Assembly (NCBI GenBank): GCA_048320885.1
Contig: JBLWFJ010000001.1
Span: 1,285,642 to 1,349,641 of the forward strand
From: Nannocystaceae bacterium ST9
Lineage (GTDB): Bacteria > Myxococcota_A > Polyangia > Nannocystales > Nannocystaceae
DNA length: 64,000 nucleotides
Reading direction: 5' to 3'
In this document: positions 1 through 8,929 of the stretch, in pieces
Layout: each line of letters starts with the position of its first letter
How positions within the stretch are numbered: the first letter of the stretch is position 1
The notes under the pieces: generated by a model
Databases searched by the model: none
What the model saw: only the letters and a program-made list of their open reading frames with translations
Told to the model about the DNA's origin: nothing
Program-made: the position numbers and the translations under genes

Positions 1-431
1 CGCCGCTGCTCGCCGCGGTGATCGACGAGACCATGCGGATCCGCCCGGTCGCGGGCCAGCTGTTTCGCAAGCTGGCCGAGCCGATGACGCTCGGGCCCTG
101 GCACCTGCCCGCCGGCGTGACCGTCACGCCCGCGCCCTGCCTGGTCCACCTGCGCCCCGATCTGTGGCCCGAGCCCGAGCGCTTCGATCCCGAGCGCTTC
201 TTGGCCAAGCCGCACCCACCGGCCGGTCACTTCATCCCCTTCGGCGGCGGGACCCATCGCTGCATCGGGGCGATCCTCGCTCGCTTCGAGGCGATGGTGA
301 TCCTCGGCACCATGCTGCGCGAGCTGAGCTTCGAACTCGAGGACGCGAGCCCGCCCGCGTGGGTCCGCGACGGCTTTCCCTTGGGTCCGGCCGGCGGCGT
401 CCCCATGCGCCTGGTCGCGCGTCGGACCTGA
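1..431 (+). CDS. cytochrome P450, C-terminal fragment (gene starts upstream of the window)
   Basis: Heme-binding Cys loop FIPFGGGTHRCIG in the ORF 18..431 frame; the ORF is open to the window edge. Confidence 0.8.
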   Translation, partial: PLLAAVIDETMRIRPVAGQLFRKLAEPMTLGPWHLPAGVTVTPAPCLVHLRPDLWPEPERFDPERFLAKPHPPAGHFIPFGGGTHRCIGAILARFEAMVILGTMLRELSFELEDASPPAWVRDGFPLGPAGGVPMRLVARRT

Positions 432-459
432 GCGCCTTCACGGCTCGTCCGGGCCTGTT

Positions 460-1665
460 ATGGTTCGGGCAACCGTGTCCAACGCGCCCGCCGGCAACTC
501 CAACTACCCGACCCCCTATCGCATCGGCCGCGGCCGGATCCGCGAGCTGCCCGACGCCTGTCGAGCGTTCGGGATGCAGCGCCCGCTGATCGTCACCGAT
601 CCCGGGATCGTCGTGCTGCCTTGGTTCGCCGCGATCGAGCGTACGCTGACCGCCCCGGCCGATCTCGATGGCAAGGTGTTCGCGCAGGTCCAGGCCAACC
701 CGACCGGCGACGACGTGGTCGCCGGCGTCGCGGCCTACCGCGAGCATCGAGCCGACGGCCTGGTCCTGGTCGGCGGCGGCTCGGCGCTCGACGTCGGCAA
801 GTGCATCGCGCTGATGGTCGAGCACCCCGGCACGGTGTTCGACTACGAGGACGTCGGCGACAACTGGACCCGCGTCGACCCCTCGAAGATGCCCAAGAAG
901 ATCGCGGTCCCGACCACCGCCGGGACCGGCTCCGAGGTCGGGCGCGCGTCGGTGATCGTCGACCCGCAGCACGCCAAGAAGATCATCTTTCACCCGCGCA
1001 TGCAGCCCGAGCTGGTCATCGCCGATCCCGAGCTGACCTTCGGCCTGCCGCCGCGCATGACCGCCGCGACCGGCATGGACGCGCTCGCCCACTGCTTCGA
1101 AGCCTTCTGCGCGCCCGGCTATCACCCGATGGCCGACGGCATCGCGCTCGAGGGCATGCGGCTGATCCACGCCAACCTCGTGCGCGCCTACGAGAACGGG
1201 CTCGACGTCGAGGCCCGCACGCACATGCTGATGGCCTCGGCGATGGGCGCGACCGCGTTTCAGAAGGGCCTCGGCCTGGTCCACGCGCTCAGCCACCCGC
1301 TCGGCGGCGCGACCGGCCTCCACCACGGCACCGCCAACGCGATCTTCCTGCCCTACGTGATGGTGTTCAACCGCGAGGCGATCGCCGACAAGATGGAGCT
1401 GCTCGCTCGCGTCCTCGACCTGCCCACGGCCAGCCACCAGGCCCAGAAGGGCTTCAACGCGGTGCTCGGCTGGATGCTCGAGCTGCGAGCCACGCTCGGC
1501 CTGCCGCACACGCTCGAGGGCGTCGACGGCTTCTCGGAGCGGATGGCCCACGAGCTCGCCCCGCTCGCCGTCGCGGACCCCTCGATGGGCGGCAACCCGA
1601 TCCAGGCCGACGCCGCCCAGTGCGAGGCGGTGTTCCTCAAGGCGCTGCGCGGCGATCTGAGCTGA
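460..1665 (+). CDS. iron-containing (group III) alcohol dehydrogenase
   Basis: 401 aa; Fe-ADH signatures (GGGSALDVGK, metal-binding His cluster HALSHPLGG...HHG); high GC3. Confidence 0.8.
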   Translation: MVRATVSNAPAGNSNYPTPYRIGRGRIRELPDACRAFGMQRPLIVTDPGIVVLPWFAAIERTLTAPADLDGKVFAQVQANPTGDDVVAGVAAYREHRADGLVLVGGGSALDVGKCIALMVEHPGTVFDYEDVGDNWTRVDPSKMPKKIAVPTTAGTGSEVGRASVIVDPQHAKKIIFHPRMQPELVIADPELTFGLPPRMTAATGMDALAHCFEAFCAPGYHPMADGIALEGMRLIHANLVRAYENGLDVEARTHMLMASAMGATAFQKGLGLVHALSHPLGGATGLHHGTANAIFLPYVMVFNREAIADKMELLARVLDLPTASHQAQKGFNAVLGWMLELRATLGLPHTLEGVDGFSERMAHELAPLAVADPSMGGNPIQADAAQCEAVFLKALRGDLS

Positions 1666-2014
1666 GCGTCCACGAGCCGACGTCGTCGGCGTTTCCCGGC
1701 ACGCCGTCGGGGCCCGACGAGGCCACGTCGATCGCGTCGTGGGTGCCCGGACAGGTGATCCGGTAGGCGTTGCCCCAAGGATCGGGGGTGGCCTTCTGCA
1801 GCGTCCGACCGGCGACGAGCTCCTCGATCGTCGCCGGGCACTCGGTGGTCTGGAGCTGGTAGATCATCGCGGCGTTGGCGATGTTCGCCGCCTCGGTCCG
1901 CGCGAACTCGAGCTTGGCCTGCTCGAACTCCGATTCGACCTCGGCCCGCGGCGATTCGCACGCGAGCACGACAGCCACGAGCATGAACACGAGTGCGCGA
2001 GCGCGAGCGGCCAT
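1637..2014 (-). CDS. GspG-like (type II secretion pseudopilin fold) protein with signal peptide/lipobox instead of a prepilin leader
   Basis: 125 aa, MAARARALVFMLVAVVLAC...; C-terminal region DPWGNAYRITCPGTHDAIDVASSGPDGVPGNADDVGSW resembles the GspG pseudopilin core; ATG is 2 nt after the argS stop; 29 nt convergent overlap with the Fe-ADH 3' end. Confidence 0.5.
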   Translation of the reverse strand: MAARARALVFMLVAVVLACESPRAEVESEFEQAKLEFARTEAANIANAAMIYQLQTTECPATIEELVAGRTLQKATPDPWGNAYRITCPGTHDAIDVASSGPDGVPGNADDVGSWTLSSDRRAAP

Positions 2015-2016
2015 CG

Positions 2017-3828
2017 TCACATCCGTTCGGGCGCCGGGATCCCGAGCAGCTCGAGTCCCCAGCTCAGCGCGCTGCGGGTCGCCGCGACCAGCAAGAGTCG
2101 GGCCTGCACGATCGCCGGGTCGGCCTGGTGGATCACGTCGCAGGTCTGCTGAAAGTGGTTGTAGGCCTTGGCCAGCGCGTAGAGCTGGGCGCAGACCATC
2201 GAGGGCCGCAAGGTCTGGGCCGCGTGGGCGACCGTGTTGGGCAACGCCGCGATCGCCTGCAGCAGCGCCTGCTCGGCCGGCTCGGCGAACGCGTGGGCGG
2301 CCAGCCTCGCGTCGTCGCCGAGCAATGCGGGGTCGAGCGTCAGCTCGCGCTCGCCGGCCTTGCGCAGTAGCGAGGCCGAGCGGGCGGCGACGTACTGGAT
2401 CGTCGGGCCACTGTCGCCGCCGCCGATCTCGGTCCACTTGTCCATGTCGAACACGATCTTCTGGTTGTTGTCGCGGACCAACATCCCGTACTTGATCGCG
2501 CCGAGCGAGACTTGGTGGATCGCCAGGCGAATCTCCTGCTCGCTCATCGTGTCGCGCAGGCTGGCGAAGTGCCGGCGCTCGAGCGCCGCGGCCAGCTGCT
2601 CGCGCAGGGCCCGAAACAAGATCACCGTGCCGGCCCGACTCGACATCGCGCCGCTCGGCAGCTCGACCATCTCGTAGGCGACGTGCTCGCAGCGCTCGGC
2701 CTGCGGGAAGCCCATCTTCTTCAGGGTCAAGAACACCTGCTTGAAGTGGTCGCTCTGGCGAGCATCGACCACGTAGATCGAGCGATCGATCCCGTACTCC
2801 TCGAACTTCTTGCGGGCCAGCGCGAGGTCCTTGGTCGCGTAGAGCCCGGTCCCGTCGGACTTGCGCAGCATGAAGAAGGGCATGTGCTTGATCTCGGGGT
2901 TGTGGATCCCGATCGCGCCCTGGCTCTCCGCGAACACGCCCTTGGCCAAGAACTCGTCGACCAGCGCGAGCCCGGGCTCGTCGACCTCGCTCTCGTAGAA
3001 CACCCGATCGAAGTGCACGCCGCACCAGGCGTAGATCTCTTCGAACTCGTCGAGCGACCACTGCCGGGTCCGCTCCCACAGCTCGCGCCAGACCGGATCG
3101 CGGGTCTCGATCCCGTGCAGGATCGTGGTCATGCGCTCGCGCGCGGCGGCGTACTTGGCCGCGGCCTCGCCATCGCCGGCCTTGCCCGACTTCTCCCAGT
3201 CCTCGAGCTGGATCGCCGCGCGCGAGTAGACCTCGCCGAGCCACTCGCCGCGGGCCTGCGCGGGCGGGTCACCGACCGCGAGCGCCTCGAGCCCCCACAG
3301 ACACTTGGCCACGTGCGTGCCGACGTCGCCGAGGTAGTTGGCGGCCACGACTCGGTATCCGGTCGTGCGCAGCAGTCGAACCAGGCTGTCGCCCAGACAC
3401 AGGTTGCGCATGTGCCCGACGTGAAACGCCTTGTGCGTGTTGGGCTGCGAGTACTCGACCATCACCGTCGCCGGCGTCGCGGCGTACTCGGGCCGCTCGC
3501 CACGAGCCCAGGCCGGCAGCAGGATCCGCCCGACCTCGGCCGGGACCAGGCGCAGGTTGAGGTAGGGACCGGCCGGCTCGAGCCCGGCGATCAGCCCCTG
3601 CCCGACCTGCTCGCGCAGCGCCTCGGCCAGGGTCTGGGCGATCTTCGGCGGCGCCTGCTTGAGCGGCTTGCTCAGCCGAAAGCAGGGGAAGGCCAGGTCG
3701 CCCATCTCGGGCTTGGGCGGCGGCTCGAGCAGGCTGGCGATCGCGGCGACGTCGAGCTCGGGGACCAACCCCGCGACCACCGGCGCCAACACTCGAGCGA
3801 CTTCCTGGGCGAGAGCGTCGGGACGCAT
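2017..3828 (-). CDS. argS: arginine--tRNA ligase
   Basis: 603 aa starting MRPDALAQEV; class I HIGH motif (HVGHMRN); lower part of the long ORF 2017..5403, whose upstream extension is an open-frame artefact. Confidence 0.9.
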   Translation of the reverse strand: MRPDALAQEVARVLAPVVAGLVPELDVAAIASLLEPPPKPEMGDLAFPCFRLSKPLKQAPPKIAQTLAEALREQVGQGLIAGLEPAGPYLNLRLVPAEVGRILLPAWARGERPEYAATPATVMVEYSQPNTHKAFHVGHMRNLCLGDSLVRLLRTTGYRVVAANYLGDVGTHVAKCLWGLEALAVGDPPAQARGEWLGEVYSRAAIQLEDWEKSGKAGDGEAAAKYAAARERMTTILHGIETRDPVWRELWERTRQWSLDEFEEIYAWCGVHFDRVFYESEVDEPGLALVDEFLAKGVFAESQGAIGIHNPEIKHMPFFMLRKSDGTGLYATKDLALARKKFEEYGIDRSIYVVDARQSDHFKQVFLTLKKMGFPQAERCEHVAYEMVELPSGAMSSRAGTVILFRALREQLAAALERRHFASLRDTMSEQEIRLAIHQVSLGAIKYGMLVRDNNQKIVFDMDKWTEIGGGDSGPTIQYVAARSASLLRKAGERELTLDPALLGDDARLAAHAFAEPAEQALLQAIAALPNTVAHAAQTLRPSMVCAQLYALAKAYNHFQQTCDVIHQADPAIVQARLLLVAATRSALSWGLELLGIPAPERM

Positions 3829-3926
3829 GGGGCCGGAACGGTACTTCGGAGCGGCGCACGACGGCAATCGGGCCTCGCAAATCTCGCCGGCTCCATTGCG
3901 CGACCGGGCATGGTAGGAAGGGCGCC

Positions 3927-4073
3927 ATGTCCCCGACGGTCGGCGCAGCCATCCTGTTCGGCTTCCTGTGGATCGGGATCCTGACGTGCACCTTCCTGCT
4001 CTACCGCTGGCTGTTCCGCATCGATCGTGATCAGCGCGACGATCGCCACGTGCCCTTCGATCGCGGGCTCTGA
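3927..4073 (+). CDS. candidate small hydrophobic protein (48 aa)
   Basis: MSPTVGAAILFGFLWIGILTCTFLLYRWLFRIDRDQRDDRHVPFDRGL; very high GC3; GGAAGGG 6 nt upstream of the ATG; lies in the 257 bp gap between argS and the upstream minus-strand gene, on the opposite strand. Confidence 0.3.
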   Translation: MSPTVGAAILFGFLWIGILTCTFLLYRWLFRIDRDQRDDRHVPFDRGL

Positions 4074-4085
4074 TCGCTCGAGCGC

Positions 4086-5279
4086 TCAGTCCTTCGCTCG
4101 CCGAGCGGCGCGCTGCAGCTCGTCGCGTAGCGCCGACGCGATCGCGTCGCTGATCCGCTCGCCGATCCCCGACTCCGACAAGTTGCGCGAGCCGGCCAGC
4201 TCGTCCTCGCCGATCCGCAGTTCGAACGCGACCGGAAACTCGCGGCCGAGCACGCCGAGCGCGTCGCCGGCCAGCTCGAGCATCATCTTGGTGGCCAGCG
4301 TCGCCCGCTCGCCCGCGTGCAACTCGAACTCGCGCAGGGTCAGCGTCACGTCGATCTCGAGCTCGGGCGGGCTGGCCTCGGCGTGATAGCGATCGACCAT
4401 CACCAGGTCGGCGCTCCCGCCCGCGCGCACGCCCGCCGCTCGCTCGATCGGAGCGCCCAGCTCGGCCAGCGGCATGTCGTGGATCTCGAGGGTCATCTGC
4501 GGCGCGCCGTCGACCTCGTGGCTGGCCATCTCGAACTCGATGCCGGCGATCGAGCCGCGGCCGCGGCTGCGGTAGAGCGCGTCGAAGGCCGCGTGATCGC
4601 TGCGCAGCGGGCCGATGTCGAGCTCGTCGAGCTCGAGCTCGAGCTCGCGGACCTGCGCGCCGCCGTGATCGCGGACGGCCAGCGCGAGCTCGCCGACGTG
4701 CAGGCGATCGAGGCGAAATTCGCGAGCCGGCCCGGGCTGCTCGCGCTCGCGCTCGGGCGCCGCTCGACGCAGGCGATCGTAGCTGCCGCGCACGCCGTCG
4801 AGCGAGAGCTCCTCGACCGCGAACGTGGCGGTCAGCAGCGCCCCGGTGTCGATGTCGATGATCAGCTTCTCGATGTCGAGCTCGAAGCGGGCGCTGGGAT
4901 CGGCGAGGTCGCCCCGCGCCCCGGAGATCTCGAGGTGGTCGATCTCGATCCGACCGAGGATGAACGAGCCCTCGGCGTGGGCGTGGCGGACGTCGAGATC
5001 CTCGCGGTCGTCGATCGATCCGAGCACGACGTTGACCAGCGCCTCGAAGAACACCAGGTCGACCAGGACCAGCGCCACGCTCGCCAGCAACAGGCTCCAG
5101 ACCAAGCGTCGACGCAGCCGCAGCCACTGATGGCGGACCAGGTCGCTCGGGCGGCGTCGACCCATCACGATCCCGACCGCCGTTCCGAGCGTGCCCAACA
5201 CCAGCTCGACGAGGATCAGGATCCACAAGAGCAAGGGCAGCAGCAGCAGCTCGGCGACGATGACGAAGAGGGCGTCCAT
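4086..5279 (-). CDS. hypothetical membrane protein
   Basis: 397 aa, strongly hydrophobic N-terminus (LLLLPLLLWILILVELVLGTLGTAVGIV...) followed by an acidic soluble domain; coding-like GC3. Confidence 0.55.
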   Translation of the reverse strand: MDALFVIVAELLLLPLLLWILILVELVLGTLGTAVGIVMGRRRPSDLVRHQWLRLRRRLVWSLLLASVALVLVDLVFFEALVNVVLGSIDDREDLDVRHAHAEGSFILGRIEIDHLEISGARGDLADPSARFELDIEKLIIDIDTGALLTATFAVEELSLDGVRGSYDRLRRAAPEREREQPGPAREFRLDRLHVGELALAVRDHGGAQVRELELELDELDIGPLRSDHAAFDALYRSRGRGSIAGIEFEMASHEVDGAPQMTLEIHDMPLAELGAPIERAAGVRAGGSADLVMVDRYHAEASPPELEIDVTLTLREFELHAGERATLATKMMLELAGDALGVLGREFPVAFELRIGEDELAGSRNLSESGIGERISDAIASALRDELQRAARRAKD

Positions 5280-5636
5280 GCCGGAGTGACGAGCGTCCCA
5301 CGATTCGCCCCCCAGCGACCAGCGCTCGATGTGCTCGCCAAGTCGCGGGCCAATGCACGGCTCTCGGCGGCGCCCGGCGGGTCGAGGGTGGAGTTCGGAT
5401 CACGTCGGATCACGACACCCCGATCAGGCTGGCCGCGACCCGGCCCGCGCCGGCGCCCCGCGAGTCGTGAGCCCACCGACGCGACCTCGCCAAAACGGCC
5501 GTCCACGCCCGTTTCAAGCCTGTTGCGCGACGGAGCGCCGAGCCGCCAGCGTTGCAGTCTGCCACGGTGAATTACTACATTTGCGGGCCCTTCGTGCGTG
5601 CTAAACCCGAGGAGTCCGCTCGGGACGACATCCGCC

Positions 5637-6290
5637 ATGACACCGTCGAACTCTCGCTTGGTCACTGCTTCCACCCTCGCACTCGCGCTCTCGGTGAGCT
5701 GGGCGATCCCCTCCGTGGCGTTCGCCGGTCCGCCCGCGCTGCCGCCCGAGCAGCCCGTCGCCGCGCCCGAGCCCGCGCCCGCTCCCGCCCCGGCGCCCGC
5801 TCCCGCTCCGGCCCCTGCGCCCGAGGGCATCGCGGTTCAGCCTCAGCCCGCGCCCGCGCCCGCCCCCGCCCCTGCTCCCGTCGCCCAGCCGACGGTCGTC
5901 GTGCCCGCGCCGGTCTATGTGCAGCCCGGCCCGCCGCCGCCCGCTCCGATGCCGATCCAGCCGCGGGTCAACCCCAACCGCGGACTCGGCCTGACCATCT
6001 CGGGCTTCGCGATCTTCGGCATCTCGTACCTGATCACCGCCGGCTCGGCGACGGTCGCGATCGATGCCGGCGATCCCGAGATCGGCCGTCCCTTGCTGAT
6101 CCCGATCGCCGGTCCCTTCATCGCCGCCTCGCGGCTCGACTCGGCCACGCTCGGGTTCGGGCTCGGCTTCGTCGGCGTGATCCAGATCGCCGGCCTCGCG
6201 ATGGGCATCGGCGGCGCGACCATGCTGGCCAAGTCCCGCCGCGAGTCGCGGATCTCCGCCTCGCCCGGCGGCCTCCAGCTCAAGTTCTGA
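5637..6290 (+). CDS. secreted Pro/Ala-repeat protein with Gly-rich C-terminal membrane segment
   Basis: Signal-like N-terminus MTPSNSRLVTASTLALALSVSWAIPSVAFA; (PA)n repeats (EPAPAPAPAPAPAPAPE, PQPAPAPAPAPAP); C-terminal GxxxG-rich hydrophobic stretch. Confidence 0.55.
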   Translation: MTPSNSRLVTASTLALALSVSWAIPSVAFAGPPALPPEQPVAAPEPAPAPAPAPAPAPAPAPEGIAVQPQPAPAPAPAPAPVAQPTVVVPAPVYVQPGPPPPAPMPIQPRVNPNRGLGLTISGFAIFGISYLITAGSATVAIDAGDPEIGRPLLIPIAGPFIAASRLDSATLGFGLGFVGVIQIAGLAMGIGGATMLAKSRRESRISASPGGLQLKF

Positions 6291-6326
6291 GCTCGAGTTC
6301 CGCGCTCGACCCGACGATCGTCGAAC

Positions 6327-6362
6327 CATCACCCACGCGCGCCTCGGCTCGCGTGGGTGATG
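6327..6362. terminator. perfect 13 bp stem-loop between convergent genes (putative bidirectional terminator)
   Basis: catcacccacgcg-cgcctcggct-cgcgtgggtgatg, between the stop of 5637..6290 (+) and the stop of 6376..7275 (-). Confidence 0.45.
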
Positions 6363-6375
6363 TGTTCGTGCGAGC

Positions 6376-7275
6376 TCAGCCCGGCACGACGGCGGTCGGG
6401 CAGCGGGTCGAGCCGGCCAGCTCGCTGCTGACGCTGGCCAGGAACACCCGCTCGATCGGGCCGAGCTTGCGCGAGCCGGTCACCAGCACGGCGGCCTTCC
6501 GCTCTTCGACTAGGTGCGCGAGGTTGCGGGCCGGATCGCCGAGGAACACGTGCTCTTGCGCGCCCTCGAGCCCCTGCGCCTTCACCCACGCGTGCAGCTT
6601 GGCGCCCGCCCGCGCGCGAGCCTGATCGAGCATGACCTCGAAGGTCTCGGCCGGGATGTACGAGACCCCCCAGTTGAACGCCTCGGTCCCGTGCGCGACC
6701 AAGATCGGACGATCGAGGCGTGCAGCCAGCCGCTTGGCGAACTCCGCCGCCGCGACGCAGTGCTCGTCGAGGTTGGTGGCCAGCACGACCGGGCCGGAGT
6801 CGAGCGCCGGCTCGTCGGGCTCGGACCCGAAGTCGGGCGGCACCACGATCACCGGGACCGGCAGCTTGCGCAGCACTCGGCGACTGATCTCGCCCAGCCG
6901 GATCAGCGGATCCTCGTCGCGCCGCGCTCGACGACCGACGATCAACGCGGTGAAGTGCTCGCGCACGGCGGTCTCGACCAACCCGAGCTCGGGGTGATCG
7001 TCCTCGATCACCCGCACCTCGACGCGGCCGCTCGCGCCGGCACGCTCGAGCAGCAGCGCGACGTCGGACGCGACCTGCTCGGACATCGCCGCGGTCTGCT
7101 CTTGGCTGAGCAGCGGATGCAGTCGCGTCGACTCGGGCATCACGTGCACGCCGACGAGCGCGTCGTCGGGGCCGGCCAAGTGGCCCGCGAAGCGCAGCGC
7201 CCCGAGGTGATCCTCCGACAGCTCGACGCCCACGCCCCAGATCTGGTTGCCGGTCTCGCTCATGGGCCCGAGCAT
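6376..7275 (-). CDS. tandem universal stress protein (two USP domains)
   Basis: 299 aa; two USP-like halves, each with a G-rich ATP-loop-like segment (VLVAHGTE..., VLVTGSRKLGPIERVFLASVSSELAGSTRCPTAVVP). Confidence 0.7.
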   Translation of the reverse strand: MLGPMSETGNQIWGVGVELSEDHLGALRFAGHLAGPDDALVGVHVMPESTRLHPLLSQEQTAAMSEQVASDVALLLERAGASGRVEVRVIEDDHPELGLVETAVREHFTALIVGRRARRDEDPLIRLGEISRRVLRKLPVPVIVVPPDFGSEPDEPALDSGPVVLATNLDEHCVAAAEFAKRLAARLDRPILVAHGTEAFNWGVSYIPAETFEVMLDQARARAGAKLHAWVKAQGLEGAQEHVFLGDPARNLAHLVEERKAAVLVTGSRKLGPIERVFLASVSSELAGSTRCPTAVVPG

Positions 7276-7338
7276 CGAACGCGAGCGAGAGCACGTCCAG
7301 GGCCTCGCGCGCGCAACGAGTTCGCGGGCGGCAGAGCC

Positions 7339-7661
7339 ATGACGAATGGGTTACGGCGCCGCACGCCGCCTCGTCGCGCGCGGCTCCTGCCCCTCGCCCT
7401 GCCCTTCGCCGCGTGTCCGGCCTTCCCCGACCCGGTCGACTTCTCGGCTCACGGGACTCGCGGCGTGCTCGAGGTCGAGACGCTCGACGGGCTCTCGCCA
7501 CCGGCTCACGCGGGTCGACGCCGACGACATCGCGCCTCATCGAGCCGTCGGATTCGAACTGCCCCGTGATGCTCGATGGCAATCACGCGATCGTCGATTG
7601 CACCGATCCCCTCGGGTCGATTCGCATGTCGATTGTCGACTCCGGCGAAATCCGCGGTTGA
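7339..7661 (+). pseudogene. degenerate, frameshifted remnant of a paralogue of lipoprotein 17809..18666
   Basis: GVLEVETLDGLS (frame 1) matches SVLEVETLDGFS, and VMLDGNHAIVDCTDPLG (frame 2) matches VMLDGNHALVGGTPGTD of the 17809..18666 product; the roughly 110 aa between the motifs is missing. Confidence 0.5.
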
Positions 7662-8338
7662 TTCGACGTTCGTCTGGCGATTGGAATCGAGCGTAACGAG
7701 CATTTCCAATCGTCACGGCGCGCGCGAGCGAAGGCGCGAAATCGATGGCGCGCAAGTTTGTCGCCGACATCGAGACCATTGACAAACGTAATTGAACCCA
7801 CTGATTCTCGACGTCGAATGCGCGGCGACGGCCGCTATCGCTCGCTAAATCCCCCGCACGGGGCGCATCTTCGGAACCGACTCGTCCTCGCCCGCGACCT
7901 GCGGGTTCGAGTCGAAGAAATTGTCTCGTTTCGAAGAACAACCTCGCGCGATGTCGAGCTGATCCGTCGATCTTTGCTCGATAGCAAGCAGCTTTCGAGT
8001 CGAGAGCGCTCAACCATGTTCCAAACGATAATTCGTACCAAAAGCCAGGTCGTTCTCTCGGGCTCACATCCTTCCAAATCGAACTACACACCTGAAATTT
8101 CTGCTGTTTTATCCTTTCTCTCGCAAAAACTGCGGGTACTGATGACCCCGCTCGTGCGGCTCGGCCTGCCCGCTGTCCGGTCGGGGTGGTACTCAAGCCC
8201 CCGTCGCCAGGTGCTTTTGCACGTATCCACGAACGTCCTCGATGACCACGAATCAATCCACCCGCCCATTCGCCGGGATTTTCCCGGCCACGATTTCACC
8301 TTCGAATATTTTCACCGAATGCCACGAGGTGGCGTCGC
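7580..8338. other. AT-rich segment (roughly 45-50% GC) without convincing CDS
   Basis: Visibly AT-richer than the flanks; only short, low-GC3 ORFs. Confidence 0.5.
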
Positions 8339-8896
8339 ATGAGTAGCCGCATCGACACGCGAATCGTGCGACTCTTCGACCCGAACTGGAAGCCGTCCAT
8401 GATCGGCGCTCGTCGGTCCGTCCATCTCGGCGACACCGCGCTTGCCGACACCGCCGAAGTGATCGCCAGCCAGCCTCGGATCGACCCGCTGCTCTCGCTC
8501 GCGCGCCACCGCCAGCTCGAGGCCCTGCGCTCCTCGGGCTGTCGAACCCTCGATTGTGGCTGGGCCCGCGAGGTCGCGCGCGAGGTCGCTCGAATGAGCG
8601 AATGCGATTGGCATCGAGGCCCGGCCCTCGCCGTTCGCCTGCACGAGCCCGGCGGCTCCGTGGTGTGGACCCGGTTGCTCCGAATCACGAGCGATCGGGT
8701 CTGGCTGAGCCCGCAAGCCGGGCTCGAGCTCGGAGTCCGCGTCGTGATCGAGCGCGACGACCCCGTCAGCGACACCCACATCGAGATCGCCGGCCATTGC
8801 AGCGAATCCACGCGCGAATCCATCATCGTATGTACCGACGGTCATTCGACGATCGTCCGGCCAGCGATCGCAATCTGCGACCATCGATTCGAATGA
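8339..8896 (+). CDS. hypothetical protein
   Basis: 185 aa ORF with moderate GC3, next to the AT-rich segment; no recognised motifs. Confidence 0.35.
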   Translation: MSSRIDTRIVRLFDPNWKPSMIGARRSVHLGDTALADTAEVIASQPRIDPLLSLARHRQLEALRSSGCRTLDCGWAREVAREVARMSECDWHRGPALAVRLHEPGGSVVWTRLLRITSDRVWLSPQAGLELGVRVVIERDDPVSDTHIEIAGHCSESTRESIIVCTDGHSTIVRPAIAICDHRFE

Positions 8897-8929
8897 TTTA
8901 ATTTCATCCTCCGTGCTCGACATTTTCGA

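Noticed and set aside
232-1551. 439 aa minus-strand ORF antisense to the Fe-ADH gene, plus 621..1766 (+) in an alternate frame
   Set aside because: Arg/Gly/Ala-rich low-complexity translation typical of off-frame reading of about 70% GC DNA; the sense frame has clear Fe-ADH motifs.
3829-5403. Upstream extension of the 1128 aa ORF beyond the argS start
   Set aside because: Open frame without stops by GC bias; ArgS homology begins at MRPDALAQ (3828). The region actually contains a separate membrane-protein gene (4086..5279) in another frame.
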